DNA from: Myxococcota bacterium
GTDB lineage: Bacteria > Myxococcota_A > SURF-8 > G963663525
Direction of reading: 5' to 3'
Length of the DNA: 64,000 nucleotides
Assembly: GCA_963676915.2 (NCBI GenBank)
Contig: CAXXVK010000001.1
Span: 66,328-130,327 of the forward strand
The notes under the pieces are model-generated. The model was given only the letters and a program-made list of their open reading frames with translations. It searched no databases and had not been told where the DNA came from. This document shows positions 30,161 through 39,996 of this stretch, piece after piece (the stretch's first letter is position 1; every line of letters begins with the position of its first letter). The translations under genes were made by a program, and so were the position numbers.

Positions 30161-31492
30161 AACCACCCACATCACCGGGTGAATCTCACGCCAGTTTCCC
30201 GCCGCCGTCATCACGACGACATACGAAATAAAACCGAGACCGATGCCATCGGCAATCGAAAAAGCAAAAGTCATTCCGATCGAGGCGAACAGCGCCGGAA
30301 TGGATTCGAGGGGATTTTTCCAATGAACAGCCGATAGGCCGCTCAACATCATCGAGCCGACGATGATCAGTGCCGGGGCTGTGACAGGATAAAGAAAAGA
30401 GGGAGGGTTGCTGCCTTCCACAAGCCATCCTCCACCGACCGTCGAGGCCAGAGGAGCGAAGAAAATCGCCAGCAGAAAACAAGCTGCCGTCGAAAGATTC
30501 GCGCGCCCGGTTCGTGCGCCATCCTGAACGCCTGCGCCGGATTCGATGTAACTGGTCACCGTGGAATTTCCCAACAAGGAACCGCCGACGGTAGCGATGG
30601 AATCGGCAAGAAACGCTCTTTTCAGACGCCCGCCGGAACGGGACGACACCGTCTGCTCGTCTTGAAGTTCCGGGAGGTCGATGTGCTCACCCACCGCAAC
30701 GAGTGTGCCCATGGTGTCGAAGACATCCATCAATAGGGCCACGAAGATCAACGCGAGAAATTCCCAGGACGTGAAAATTTTCGAGAAATCGAGTGCGAAA
30801 AAAACCGTGAAATCGAAGGCGGGCATTCCTGCGATGCCCTTCCAATGAACGCCGCCGACAAGCCAGCCGATCAGTGCCGTGGAAAGAATTCCCCACAAAA
30901 TGGCGCCGCGTACCTGCCGGACCACCAGAACAGCCGTGATGACAAGCCCCGCAATGGCTGTGGCGGCGGGTGCGGAATGCAGGTTGCCGAGGTCGATCAG
31001 TGTGCCGGGGTTGTCCACCACGATGCCGGCGTGTTCGAGACCGATAAGGGTGATGAACATTCCGATACCCGCACCGATGGCATGACGTAAAAACGGCGGT
31101 ACCGCTTTAAGTACAAGTTCCCGCAGACCGGATACGGACAACAGAAAAAACAACACACCCGATATAAACACCACCGCCAGCGCCGCACGCCATCCCACCG
31201 TAGCGCCTCCGAGGGTTGCTAAAGAAATCGAAAAGACGAAAAAGAAATTATTTCCCATACCGGGAGCCAGTGCCACGGGATAATTGGCAAGAAGTCCCAT
31301 CAACAATGTAGCGAGTGCCGACACGACACAGGTGGAAAGAAACACGCTCTCGGCAGGCATTCCCGCCGCGGAAAGAACAGCGGGTTGAACGAACAGAATA
31401 TAGGCCATGGTCAAAAAGGTGGTGACACCGGCACGTAGTTCGGTCAAGGTTGAATTCTCTTTTCCATTCACTGTATTTTTTGCAAAGATCAT
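30125..31492 (-). CDS. NCS2 family (AzgA/PbuG-like) purine permease
   Basis: ELRAGVTTFLTMAYILFV, ALAPGMG, DVFDTMGT, TSYIESGAGV..GARTG, FSIADGI. Confidence 0.92.
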   Translation of the reverse strand: MIFAKNTVNGKENSTLTELRAGVTTFLTMAYILFVQPAVLSAAGMPAESVFLSTCVVSALATLLMGLLANYPVALAPGMGNNFFFVFSISLATLGGATVGWRAALAVVFISGVLFFLLSVSGLRELVLKAVPPFLRHAIGAGIGMFITLIGLEHAGIVVDNPGTLIDLGNLHSAPAATAIAGLVITAVLVVRQVRGAILWGILSTALIGWLVGGVHWKGIAGMPAFDFTVFFALDFSKIFTSWEFLALIFVALLMDVFDTMGTLVAVGEHIDLPELQDEQTVSSRSGGRLKRAFLADSIATVGGSLLGNSTVTSYIESGAGVQDGARTGRANLSTAACFLLAIFFAPLASTVGGGWLVEGSNPPSFLYPVTAPALIIVGSMMLSGLSAVHWKNPLESIPALFASIGMTFAFSIADGIGLGFISYVVVMTAAGNWREIHPVMWVVSLAFLVRFGLL

Positions 31493-31729
31493 GCTACCCC
31501 CGGTTCCGCTTATTTCGTGTCACGTGATGACAAGCAGTATATCGGACACATGCAAGGTTTCAACGGAATTCAACCGTCGTTTCTTACGATTTTCGAGACT
31601 ATAAAGTTGTTTGGAGGGATGGAAGATGGCATGTTAAAAATCATTGCCCTTAAGACAATATTATGTTAATAAATAATACAATGGATTGGTTTGTGCGAAA
31701 CGGATTTTCTCTTTTTCAACGGAGCTCTC

Positions 31730-33934
31730 ATGCAATCTCATCTATTGGATTCTCTTCAGGGGCATCGAGTCGCTTTTTTCCTATTCATAGTATTATTGCT
31801 GGGGTTCCCGCTATCTTGTAGCGATTCCGGATCATCCGATGACGGCGAGCTATCCGGCAGCGACGTGCGAGAAACCCTTTTGAAAACGACGCTGCAAACG
31901 CAACACCTTCTTCGGCTGCAATTCGCCTGCCTGTCCGATGGCTATGAAAAAGGGGTGATGGAAACCCAGATCACACAGGACGAAGAGAACCGTCAGTTCT
32001 GGTTCGATTGCTACGACAGTATTACGAAAACGCTGCTTGAGCTTCAAGATCTGGAGGAAGATTTCAAGACCAGTCTCGTACGGCTGGAGATCCTCGAAGC
32101 ACCGGATAGTGAGCTGCGGAAAAAAGGAATTATCAGCAGCTTTTTCGGATTGTTCAGCAAAACCGGCGATTTGTTCGAGGGACAACGCAAGGACTTCTTG
32201 ACCATCGCCGACAGCCTGACCGACGAGGAACGCACGGCGCTGTACGATACCGCCAAAAATGCGACGCCTACCGCCATCAAGCGAGAGTCGAGCAACGAAG
32301 AAGAATTTTACGACGCCATGCGAGAAGGAAAACTCGACGATGCGATCAGCAAAATTCACGGCACCATCTTGATCAGCACCGATGATGACCTGAGCGGATA
32401 TCAGGCCAAAGCCCAAGAAAAGGAAATCCGGCCCATCGATACCGTAGCCAAGAAAGTCCCCGGCATTGCGTCGGAAGGCGTCAAGCTGCTGGTTGGGACC
32501 GGGCAAACGGCGTTTAGCGGGGTCAGCGTTTTACGGGAAGGCATGGGAATCATTTCCACCGCAAAAGAACGGATGACATCGAGCGAAGCTACGATGGATG
32601 AGGCGACGGCGGAAGGCAAAGAGCTTCCGGCCTACATGCAGGACAAGCTGGTCAATTCCATTGGAATCGAAGCCGAATCTACCGAAGTCGGCGACATTTC
32701 CGAAGCACTCACCCTCGCGTTGCTGGATACCTACGTGCAGGATGCCATCACAGAAGATGCCGAAAAATACCTGCCGGATATTCTGGAATTCGGGTACAGC
32801 CAGATTTCCATCGAATCCGATGAAGACCATATGAAAGAAATGGAAAAAGACAGCGAAGACAACCTCGTGGTTGCTACCAGCACGGATCTGTTTACGGCGG
32901 GACGGATGATCATCGCCTCGGGCGATACGGAAAACAATCCCATGGTGGTGCTTCCCGGAACCTACGATGTGACGGTTACCGTCAAGGAAGAAAAAGCCAT
33001 CGTGGAGGATGTGACGGTGACCGCCGGGGAAGTGGCAACGATCAAATTCGAGCCGTCATTCTGGAAACCGATGATTCCGATTTCTTCCGATGATGATGAC
33101 GACGATTCGTCCTCTACCGATGAAATGCCCGATTCCGCAAGTGCCTGCGCGCATTTCGAAAGCGCCTACGGTTCGGACGGCAGTTGTTACACCAATATCG
33201 ATTTCTTTACGTACTGTGCTGAGTCGGGACCGTACTATTGTTCCTGCATTCCTTTCGAAGGCTCCGGTCCCGGAGAATGGACGGTCTTTGGTTGCGAAGA
33301 TTTATGTCAGGGAGCCGGATTGGGACGAGCCACGGACTGCGATGGTTCTTCGGAGCGGAAAACCGAACTCAACGAGTTGTACGACCTGATGCAGGAAACG
33401 GCAGGTCCGTTTACAACCATCATGGAACAATGCGTCTGCCAGGACGAATGGATTCCGGAAGCGGGTGAAGAATGCCAGTGGGCCTCGCCCAACGGCACCA
33501 ACCTGTATGCGCAGTGCGAAGAAGTTTTGGAACGAGAAAAAGATCGCTGGATGGATTTCGGCGATGTGGTTTGCGTCAACGGTATCCAGTATTCCTGTTC
33601 CGGAGAGTTGGGTAAAAACAACGTATGGTCCAGTAAAAGCTCGAAAACCTGCAACGACAATGTGCCTTCGACCTTTGACGGCTGCCAGGTCGATTGCACG
33701 GTAGGCTACGGATGTGACAACTTTTCGGTGGAAGGCGTCGGAAAATTCCACGAAAACTGTTCGGAGAGTCAAAGCGGAGAACAGGGTTGTATCGATACGG
33801 GAGACGTTATCGGAGTCAACAACATTCCGGTGACGGTCAGAACCGAATGCATGAAAGACACGGAAGACGAAAAATACAAGATCAAATGGGTTGTTGCCGA
33901 AAGATGTGAAACCACGGAAAGTGAAGAGAAATAA
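31730..33934 (+). CDS. Large hypothetical lipoprotein (helical N-half, beta-sandwich, Cys-rich C-terminus)
   Basis: RBS GGAG; PLSC-SDSG; PGTYDVTV..VTVTAGEV; poly-Asp linker; Cys-rich tail. Confidence 0.7.
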   Translation: MQSHLLDSLQGHRVAFFLFIVLLLGFPLSCSDSGSSDDGELSGSDVRETLLKTTLQTQHLLRLQFACLSDGYEKGVMETQITQDEENRQFWFDCYDSITKTLLELQDLEEDFKTSLVRLEILEAPDSELRKKGIISSFFGLFSKTGDLFEGQRKDFLTIADSLTDEERTALYDTAKNATPTAIKRESSNEEEFYDAMREGKLDDAISKIHGTILISTDDDLSGYQAKAQEKEIRPIDTVAKKVPGIASEGVKLLVGTGQTAFSGVSVLREGMGIISTAKERMTSSEATMDEATAEGKELPAYMQDKLVNSIGIEAESTEVGDISEALTLALLDTYVQDAITEDAEKYLPDILEFGYSQISIESDEDHMKEMEKDSEDNLVVATSTDLFTAGRMIIASGDTENNPMVVLPGTYDVTVTVKEEKAIVEDVTVTAGEVATIKFEPSFWKPMIPISSDDDDDDSSSTDEMPDSASACAHFESAYGSDGSCYTNIDFFTYCAESGPYYCSCIPFEGSGPGEWTVFGCEDLCQGAGLGRATDCDGSSERKTELNELYDLMQETAGPFTTIMEQCVCQDEWIPEAGEECQWASPNGTNLYAQCEEVLEREKDRWMDFGDVVCVNGIQYSCSGELGKNNVWSSKSSKTCNDNVPSTFDGCQVDCTVGYGCDNFSVEGVGKFHENCSESQSGEQGCIDTGDVIGVNNIPVTVRTECMKDTEDEKYKIKWVVAERCETTESEEK

Positions 33935-33950
33935 CAGGACGAAAAGAAAA

Positions 33951-33966
33951 TGTTCCACGTGGAACG
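33951..33966. promoter_or_regulatory. parS site
   Basis: TGTTCCACGTGGAACG matches the parS consensus TGTTNCACGTGAAACA. Confidence 0.85.
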
Positions 33967-33988
33967 TGGAAAAATTCGGTGAACTATC

Positions 33989-34022
33989 AAAAAGGGATGG
34001 GTGGAAACACTCATCCCTTTTT
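33989..34022. terminator. Bidirectional intrinsic terminator
   Basis: AAAAAGGGATGGGTG-GAAA-CACTCATCCCTTTTT between convergent genes. Confidence 0.8.
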
Positions 34023-34080
34023 GGTGTCGGGAAATTTGAATAAAGGAGTGAGTTATCGATCCTAACGAAAGGTGCAAAGG

Positions 34081-34164
34081 GGAGGTCGGGCAAATTTCTT
34101 GCCCGACATTCGGACTGAAAAATGTCAAGAACCACCAAAGTGTCGGGTGATTTCACCCGACCTC
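34081..34164. repeat. BIME-like family A/B REP pair
   Basis: GGAGGTCGGGCAAATTTCTTGCCCGACA ... TGTCGGGTGATTTCACCCGACCTC. Confidence 0.75.
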
Positions 34165-34185
34165 GTTTGCTGCAAAGAAATCTTC

Positions 34186-35397
34186 TTAGAAAGGACTTTG
34201 CATTCCCGGCATTCCCGAGCGGGTCATTTCGAAATAAAAGCCGAAGGGGAATTCCACCCGGCCGTTTTCGACAATGCCGTTGGGTGGATTGGGGAAGGGC
34301 GCGGCACGATAAACGGCGGAAAGGGCTTCCTGGTCTAGGAAATCCACACCGCAGGAACGGTGGATCTGGGCTTCTTTCAGGTTGCCGGTGGGATCGAGCG
34401 TGATCCCGATGACCGTGTAGCGGCTGCGGTAGCCGTACAAATTGTAGCGGGGATCGTAGCGCCGCTGGGCTTCGACCGGTTTCCAGGCTCGGGCGACTTC
34501 TCTTTTTACACGATTGAAAAAGAAAGCGTACTTGAACTGGCGGGTATTGAGCCAGGTTTCGTCGCCTTCCTCTTTGACATCTTTGAGGTAGTCGTTCATC
34601 GGACCACCTGCGATGTTATCGACGGAATTTTTATCCGGCAAAAGGCTGCGAGGGATGTTCATTGGTTCGCCGACGCCTCGCTGCCCTTCCCTTCCTTTTT
34701 CTTCACGCCGGATTTTCATCAACAGTCGATCCGCGTTGCCCTCGACATCCTTTTTCTGTTCCTTTCGATTCCGGTACTGACCGTTTTTGATATCGTCCGG
34801 CAAATCGAGTTTCATGGCCAGTTTCAGCTTCGGAACCAGCAATTGATTCGTGATTTCGGGTTGACTGCCGGGATCATCCGGCTTTTTGCTGTCGGGTTTG
34901 AGCACCAACTTGTCCGGCTTATGACCGACCTGTTGCTTGGGCTGCTGAATACCGGTTTTCGCGTGTTTCGGCGCCACCGTTTTGAACGGTGCACGTTTTT
35001 TGGCTTTTTGCTCTTTTTTCACCTTGGAATCGTACTGGCTGACGTACTTGGCCTTGTCCGGGCGTTCCTCTTTCTCGGGCATGGCGATATCGACGATCTG
35101 ACCTTCCGGTTTCGAAGGCTCTTCGATTTTCTTTTTTTCCGGTGGCTTTTTCTCTGCCGTCTTTTTGCGTTCCGTACGGCTTTGCTCTTTGAAAACTTTC
35201 AGATTTTCACGCCACTGGTTTTCATGGACGGTACGCATCGCCACGGTAGTACGTTGCTCGATGTCATCGGGATCCGGAAGCAGGATATTTACGAGAGGCA
35301 AAAGAAGAAAGAGCACCAGAACGGACAACACGAAAAATGGAATCAGCCTTTTAAGCTGTCCTCTTCTTCGGCTTTCTCTCCATTCGGTGCGGTTCAT
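34186..35397 (-). CDS. TonB/TolA-family energy transducer protein
   Basis: N-terminal TM, Lys/Pro-rich linker, FFNRVKREVARAW...SCGVDFLDQEALSAVYRAAPFPNPP. Confidence 0.85.
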   Translation of the reverse strand: MNRTEWRESRRRGQLKRLIPFFVLSVLVLFLLLPLVNILLPDPDDIEQRTTVAMRTVHENQWRENLKVFKEQSRTERKKTAEKKPPEKKKIEEPSKPEGQIVDIAMPEKEERPDKAKYVSQYDSKVKKEQKAKKRAPFKTVAPKHAKTGIQQPKQQVGHKPDKLVLKPDSKKPDDPGSQPEITNQLLVPKLKLAMKLDLPDDIKNGQYRNRKEQKKDVEGNADRLLMKIRREEKGREGQRGVGEPMNIPRSLLPDKNSVDNIAGGPMNDYLKDVKEEGDETWLNTRQFKYAFFFNRVKREVARAWKPVEAQRRYDPRYNLYGYRSRYTVIGITLDPTGNLKEAQIHRSCGVDFLDQEALSAVYRAAPFPNPPNGIVENGRVEFPFGFYFEMTRSGMPGMQSPF

Positions 35398-35583
35398 CGT
35401 TTCGTTCCTCGAAAACGGGTCTTCTCTATTCTATTGTAGTCACTCAAGGATCTTCGGTCAATACGGTGTACTGGAAGGACGGTGGGAGCGACAAAATTTG
35501 TAGAAAATAAGGAATGAAGAGAGACGAAAAAAGTCGGATGAAACTCACCCGACCAATCTATAAAAAAAGGTCATCTTAGAAAA

Positions 35584-35599
35584 TGTTCCACGTGGAACA
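35584..35599. promoter_or_regulatory. parS site
   Basis: Perfect palindrome TGTTCCACGTGGAACA. Confidence 0.9.
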
Positions 35600-35640
35600 A
35601 CCGCCCTTCCCTTTCCGAGTGTCGGTGGAAAATCGCGGAA

Positions 35641-35656
35641 TGTTCCACGTGGAACG
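35641..35656. promoter_or_regulatory. parS site
   Basis: TGTTCCACGTGGAACG. Confidence 0.85.
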
Positions 35657-35659
35657 TTC

Positions 35660-37318
35660 TTACCAGTTGAACCCGGGAATTTTCACACCGCGTTCTTTGG
35701 CCACGTCTTTGGCGCGGTCGTATCCGGCATCGACGTGACGGATAACGCCCGTTGCCGGGTCGGCGGTCAATACACGGCGCAGCCTAATTTCGGCTTCTTT
35801 GGTACCGTCCGCGACGATCACCACACCGGCGTGCAGCGCGAAACCCATACCAACGCCGCCGCCATGATGGTACGAAACCCAGGTCGCGCCGTTGCAGGCA
35901 TTGCCCAACAGGTTGAGGATCGGCCAGTCGGCGACCGCGTCGGAGCCGTCGAGCATGCTCTCCGTTTCACGGTTGGGAGAAGCCACCGAGCCGCTGTCGA
36001 GATGGTCGCGCCCGATGACGATCGGCGCTTTGACTTTGCCGGTACGAACCAGCTCGTTAAAGGCCACACCCGCTCGTTCGCGTTCACCGTAGCCTAGCCA
36101 ACAGATGCGAGACGGCAATCCCTGGAAATGAACCTTTTTCTCGGCCATGTCCAGCCATTGCAACAACGCCGTGTTTTCGGGGAATAGCTCGCGTAGGGCG
36201 TTATCGGTTTCCAGTATGTCGTTTTCATCGCCGCTCAACGCCACCCAACGGAACGGCCCTTTCCCTTCACAGAACAGCGGCCGGATGTAGGCCGGAACGA
36301 AGCCCGGAAAATCGAAGGCATTTTCCACACCGTTGTCGAAAGCCGCCTGCCGGATGTTGTTGCCGTAATCGAAGGTCGGAACACCCGCTTTCTGCATCGC
36401 CAGCATGGCCCGAACGTGCAGCACGACCGATTCGATGCTTTCTTTCATGTACCGTTCGGGGTCGCTTTTCCGAAGGCGTAACGCATCGTCGTAGCTCATT
36501 CCCATCGGAATGTATCCGGCGAGCAGGTCGTGGGCCGAGGTCTGGTCGGTCAACAGATCGGGATTCCATCCACGACGCGCCAGTTCTGGAAAAATTTCTG
36601 CCGCATTGCCTAGCAGTCCTACCGACAACGCACGGCCATCCTTTTTCGCTTCCTCACACAGACGGATCGCTTCGTCGATATCGTCGGTGGAGGCATCGAG
36701 ATAACGGTGATCGATGCGCCGCCGGATGCGTTCGGGGTTGATTTCCACGCACAGCGCCACGCCTCCGGCCATGGTGACGGCCAACGGTTGCGCGCCGCCC
36801 ATGCCGCCCAATCCGGCGGTCAACACGATGCGGCCTTTCAGGCTCCCGCCGAAATGCTGCCGTGCCGCTTCAACGAAGGTTTCGTAGGTGCCTTGCAAAA
36901 TTCCTTGGGTACCGATGTAGATCCACGAGCCGGCGGTCATTTGGCCGAACATCATCAGCCCTTTTCGCTCCAACTCGTTGAACACGTCCCAGTTGGCCCA
37001 GTGCGGTACGAGATTCGCGTTGGCGATAAAGACGCGGGGAGCATCGGGATGGGTATCGAGCACGCCCACCGCCTTGCCGGATTGCACGAGCAACGTTTGG
37101 TCGTTTTCCAGCTTTTTCAAACTCTCCAGAATCACAGCCAGCGCTTGCGGATTGCGCGCCGCCTTGCCCCGACCACCGTAGACGATCAATTCCTCAGGTT
37201 TTTCAGCCACTTCCGGGTCCAGGTTGTTTTGGATCATCCGAAACGCAGCTTCCTGCAACCAACCTTTACAGGTTAAAGACGTGCCTCTCGGCGCTTTCAT
37301 ATTGGCAAGATCCATCAC
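35660..37318 (-). CDS. hutU: Urocanate hydratase
   Basis: [67 protein letters not shown]. Confidence 0.98.
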   Translation of the reverse strand: MMDLANMKAPRGTSLTCKGWLQEAAFRMIQNNLDPEVAEKPEELIVYGGRGKAARNPQALAVILESLKKLENDQTLLVQSGKAVGVLDTHPDAPRVFIANANLVPHWANWDVFNELERKGLMMFGQMTAGSWIYIGTQGILQGTYETFVEAARQHFGGSLKGRIVLTAGLGGMGGAQPLAVTMAGGVALCVEINPERIRRRIDHRYLDASTDDIDEAIRLCEEAKKDGRALSVGLLGNAAEIFPELARRGWNPDLLTDQTSAHDLLAGYIPMGMSYDDALRLRKSDPERYMKESIESVVLHVRAMLAMQKAGVPTFDYGNNIRQAAFDNGVENAFDFPGFVPAYIRPLFCEGKGPFRWVALSGDENDILETDNALRELFPENTALLQWLDMAEKKVHFQGLPSRICWLGYGERERAGVAFNELVRTGKVKAPIVIGRDHLDSGSVASPNRETESMLDGSDAVADWPILNLLGNACNGATWVSYHHGGGVGMGFALHAGVVIVADGTKEAEIRLRRVLTADPATGVIRHVDAGYDRAKDVAKERGVKIPGFNW

Positions 37319-37409
37319 GCACTCCTTTATATTAAAAATACTCTAGTTTTCCACGACTCAACTGTATCATTCACGTCTTGCGCTGGCAAATGAAGAAAAG
37401 TTTAACTAC

Positions 37410-37611
37410 GGGTGCATCACAAAATGGTGCGAACTGGCCCAATACTATTGAAGCATTCATTCATTTGGTTGTAGCGGCGAGGCGTAAGCCCGCCGAAAAG
37501 GGAGATTGGGGGTGTAAAAGCAACTTTCAAAAGGCAAAAACGGCGGGCTTACGCCTCGCCGCTACGAAAAAAGAGGATTTTACGAAAGTCGCACTATTTT
37601 GTGATGCACCC
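37410..37611. mobile_element. MITE copy 2 (opposite orientation) with perfect 9-bp TSD
   Basis: TTTAACTAC | GGGTGCATCACAAAAT...ATTTTGTGATGCACCC | TTTAACTAC. Confidence 0.92.
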
Positions 37612-37678
37612 TTTAACTACAAAGTTCTTTGATTTTCTTCATCTCGCAACGATTTTTCATAAACGATCCGCGCAGAGC

Positions 37679-38596
37679 TTATTTTTCCTTTTCCCTGGGA
37701 TGATGGGCACGAAAATCCCGGTCGATCGTTTCGAGGTCGAGGTGGGTGTAGATTTCGGTAGTGGAAATATCCTCGTGGCCGAGCAAGGCTTGTACGCTGC
37801 GCAGGTCGGCACCACCGGCCAGTAGGTGAGAGGCGAAACTGTGACGCAGTTTATGGGGTGAAACGTTGGCTCCCAGTCCCGCTTTCAATGCCTGTTGTTT
37901 GAGCATCTGCCAGACCGCCTGCCGGCTCAACGTTTTTCCACGGAGGCTTAAAAAGACGATTTCGGTGTGTTTTTTCACAAGAGTTTCGCGAAAGGAACGC
38001 AGGTATACGTCGAGTTCTTCCGATGCCACCTGCCCTAATGGCACGAGCCGTTCTTTGTCGCCTTTTCCTAAAACGCGAAGAATTCCGGCGTCCAGGTCCA
38101 CGCGGTCGAGGGTAAGATTGCATAGCTCGGACACCCGCAGTCCCGAGGAATACAGCAAGGCGATAAGTGCGGCGTCACGTTGTCCCAACGCTGTGGAACG
38201 GTCGGCAACCTCCATCAGCGACTCGATGTCTTTTCGGCTGAGCAACTCCGGTAACGGGCGACCAAGCTTCGGTGCGTCGATTTGTTCGGTGGGGTTTTCG
38301 TCCGTCCATTCCCGTTCGAGCAAGTGCCGATGAAACCCTCGCAGGGACGAAAGGATTCGTGCTCGGCTGCGCGCCGCCAAACCGTCTTCGGCAAGCCGAG
38401 ACAAAAACCGGCGGACGCGCTCGGTCGTGGCGCTTTCAAGGGACAATTCCCCTTTTTCGCCGGTTTCACTGGCCAAAAACGCCAGATAACGCGTCAAATC
38501 GCGCCGATAAGCTTCGGTGGATTTCGGGGAAAGACGACGTTCGACCGTGAGAAACACGATGTAGCGTTCCAAAGCCTGATCCAGCGTGATTCTCAT
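37679..38596 (-). CDS. xerD: Tyrosine recombinase XerD
   Basis: LLYSSGLRVSEL, GKGDKERLVP, SPHKLRHSFASHLL, LLGHEDISTTEIYTH, HHPR. Confidence 0.88.
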   Translation of the reverse strand: MRITLDQALERYIVFLTVERRLSPKSTEAYRRDLTRYLAFLASETGEKGELSLESATTERVRRFLSRLAEDGLAARSRARILSSLRGFHRHLLEREWTDENPTEQIDAPKLGRPLPELLSRKDIESLMEVADRSTALGQRDAALIALLYSSGLRVSELCNLTLDRVDLDAGILRVLGKGDKERLVPLGQVASEELDVYLRSFRETLVKKHTEIVFLSLRGKTLSRQAVWQMLKQQALKAGLGANVSPHKLRHSFASHLLAGGADLRSVQALLGHEDISTTEIYTHLDLETIDRDFRAHHPREKEK

Positions 38597-38611
38597 AACG
38601 GTGGCTCCAAG

Positions 38612-39301
38612 TTACTTGGGTGGAGCTTCTTCACGGTCGCGTTTTTTCAGCGAAAGAGTTTCTTTTTCATTGAAATGACTGACGAAACCGTGCTCGTGCA
38701 CGTTGATGAGCAGCAGCTCCGTCGCTTTTTCCGTCGCCTTGACCATACCACCGAACGGCGCTTTGTCCGAAATCCAAAGTGTCCGCGAACCGTGATCGGG
38801 AGATGTAACCTCGACCTTGCTACAGTCAAAGGTTCCCGCAGGAGTTTCAAGAGTTTCTTTTTGTTCGATCTTTTTCTCGGCGGCAGGTGGAGAAGTGGCC
38901 TTTTTCGGCGGATCGATGGAGAGGGGAGGGTGGTCCGCGATTTTCAACTCCAATGCGCCAACCTGCCCGGAGCCGTCCAACAGGCGAATCAAGGCACGCC
39001 AGGCCACGGGGGTTTCGTCGGGAAGCTGAGTCTGGATCTCCAACCATGCCGCGCCGTAGGGCGCAGATCGATGCACCAACCCTACGATCATTTCACGATC
39101 CGGGACCGAACCGTCGGTTGTGTGGACACGGTACCGCGCCCATTCTCCCAGCTTGGTTTCGACCTTTGCCAGAGGAAAATCCAGAAAAGCCTGAACGCCC
39201 GTCGATGGCGAAGGAGTTTCGGCAAAAGAAGGCAGGGGTACACTACCGCACAAAACGAAGAGCACCCACAACCATCTTGCCGCGATGGTAGGTTTACCCA
39301 T
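38612..39301 (-). CDS. Hypothetical exported protein
   Basis: Signal peptide; GEWARY, ETLETPAGTFDC, LWISDKAPFGGMVK; in an operon-like run with arsR and xerD. Confidence 0.7.
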   Translation of the reverse strand: MGKPTIAARWLWVLFVLCGSVPLPSFAETPSPSTGVQAFLDFPLAKVETKLGEWARYRVHTTDGSVPDREMIVGLVHRSAPYGAAWLEIQTQLPDETPVAWRALIRLLDGSGQVGALELKIADHPPLSIDPPKKATSPPAAEKKIEQKETLETPAGTFDCSKVEVTSPDHGSRTLWISDKAPFGGMVKATEKATELLLINVHEHGFVSHFNEKETLSLKKRDREEAPPK

Positions 39302-39310
39302 GACGATACA

Positions 39311-39604
39311 TTATTGATCGTTGTGAGAAAGCACTCCCATCAGTTCGCGAACGGTCGGATGCGACACCGAGTAGGTGACTTTGGTTCCGTTGCGGACGCC
39401 ATTGACGATACCACGGCTTTTCAGCAGCGCGAGGTGCTGGGAAACCGTAGCTTGTGGCATATCGAGTTTGGTCCATATTTCCTTGACGTTCGAGGAATGG
39501 CTCAACAGCCCGTGAACGATTCGAAGGCGAATCGGATGCGCTAGAACTTTCAAAAGGTCGGCTTCGTGTTGGAAATTGATCTCGAAAGACTTCGCCTGTG
39601 CCAT
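39311..39604 (-). CDS. ArsR/SmtB family transcriptional regulator
   Basis: LKVLAHPIRLRI...MPQATVSQHLALLKSRGIV...RNGTKVTY. Confidence 0.92.
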   Translation of the reverse strand: MAQAKSFEINFQHEADLLKVLAHPIRLRIVHGLLSHSSNVKEIWTKLDMPQATVSQHLALLKSRGIVNGVRNGTKVTYSVSHPTVRELMGVLSHNDQ

Positions 39605-39996
39605 GATGAATGTGCCTCCATTTCAACGTTACTTCCAGCATAAAAGAGCGAGACGGCTCCGTCATGCAACTTCATAGATGTTGTAGATATCCTGAAAACC
39701 GAAAAAAGAACGAGAAAACTGCATGTATTAATTTTACATTCTTCCGTCTTTGTCAATACTTTTTGACAAATTTACCAACGTCAGAACGTTTTGGAGCGTA
39801 TTCAGGCAGGTTCTTCGTTCATTGCTTCTTCTGTCAGCGGCCTTATAGCAAGATTGAATAGAAAAGTAAATGTTGGTTCGAGAATATTTCACACGTCATT
39901 TGCACACTTCCACTGTTTTTCTGCGAAACCAAGGCTTCTACGAGAAAATTTTCGATGGAAACGGAAACAAACGACGAGTTAAGGTCGCACGAAACG

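Noticed and set aside
31493-31690. Purine riboswitch upstream of the NCS2 permease
   Set aside because: No consensus aptamer seen
37679-38596. Prophage or integrative-element integrase
   Set aside because: The sequence is a typical housekeeping XerD; no att sites, tRNA or phage genes nearby
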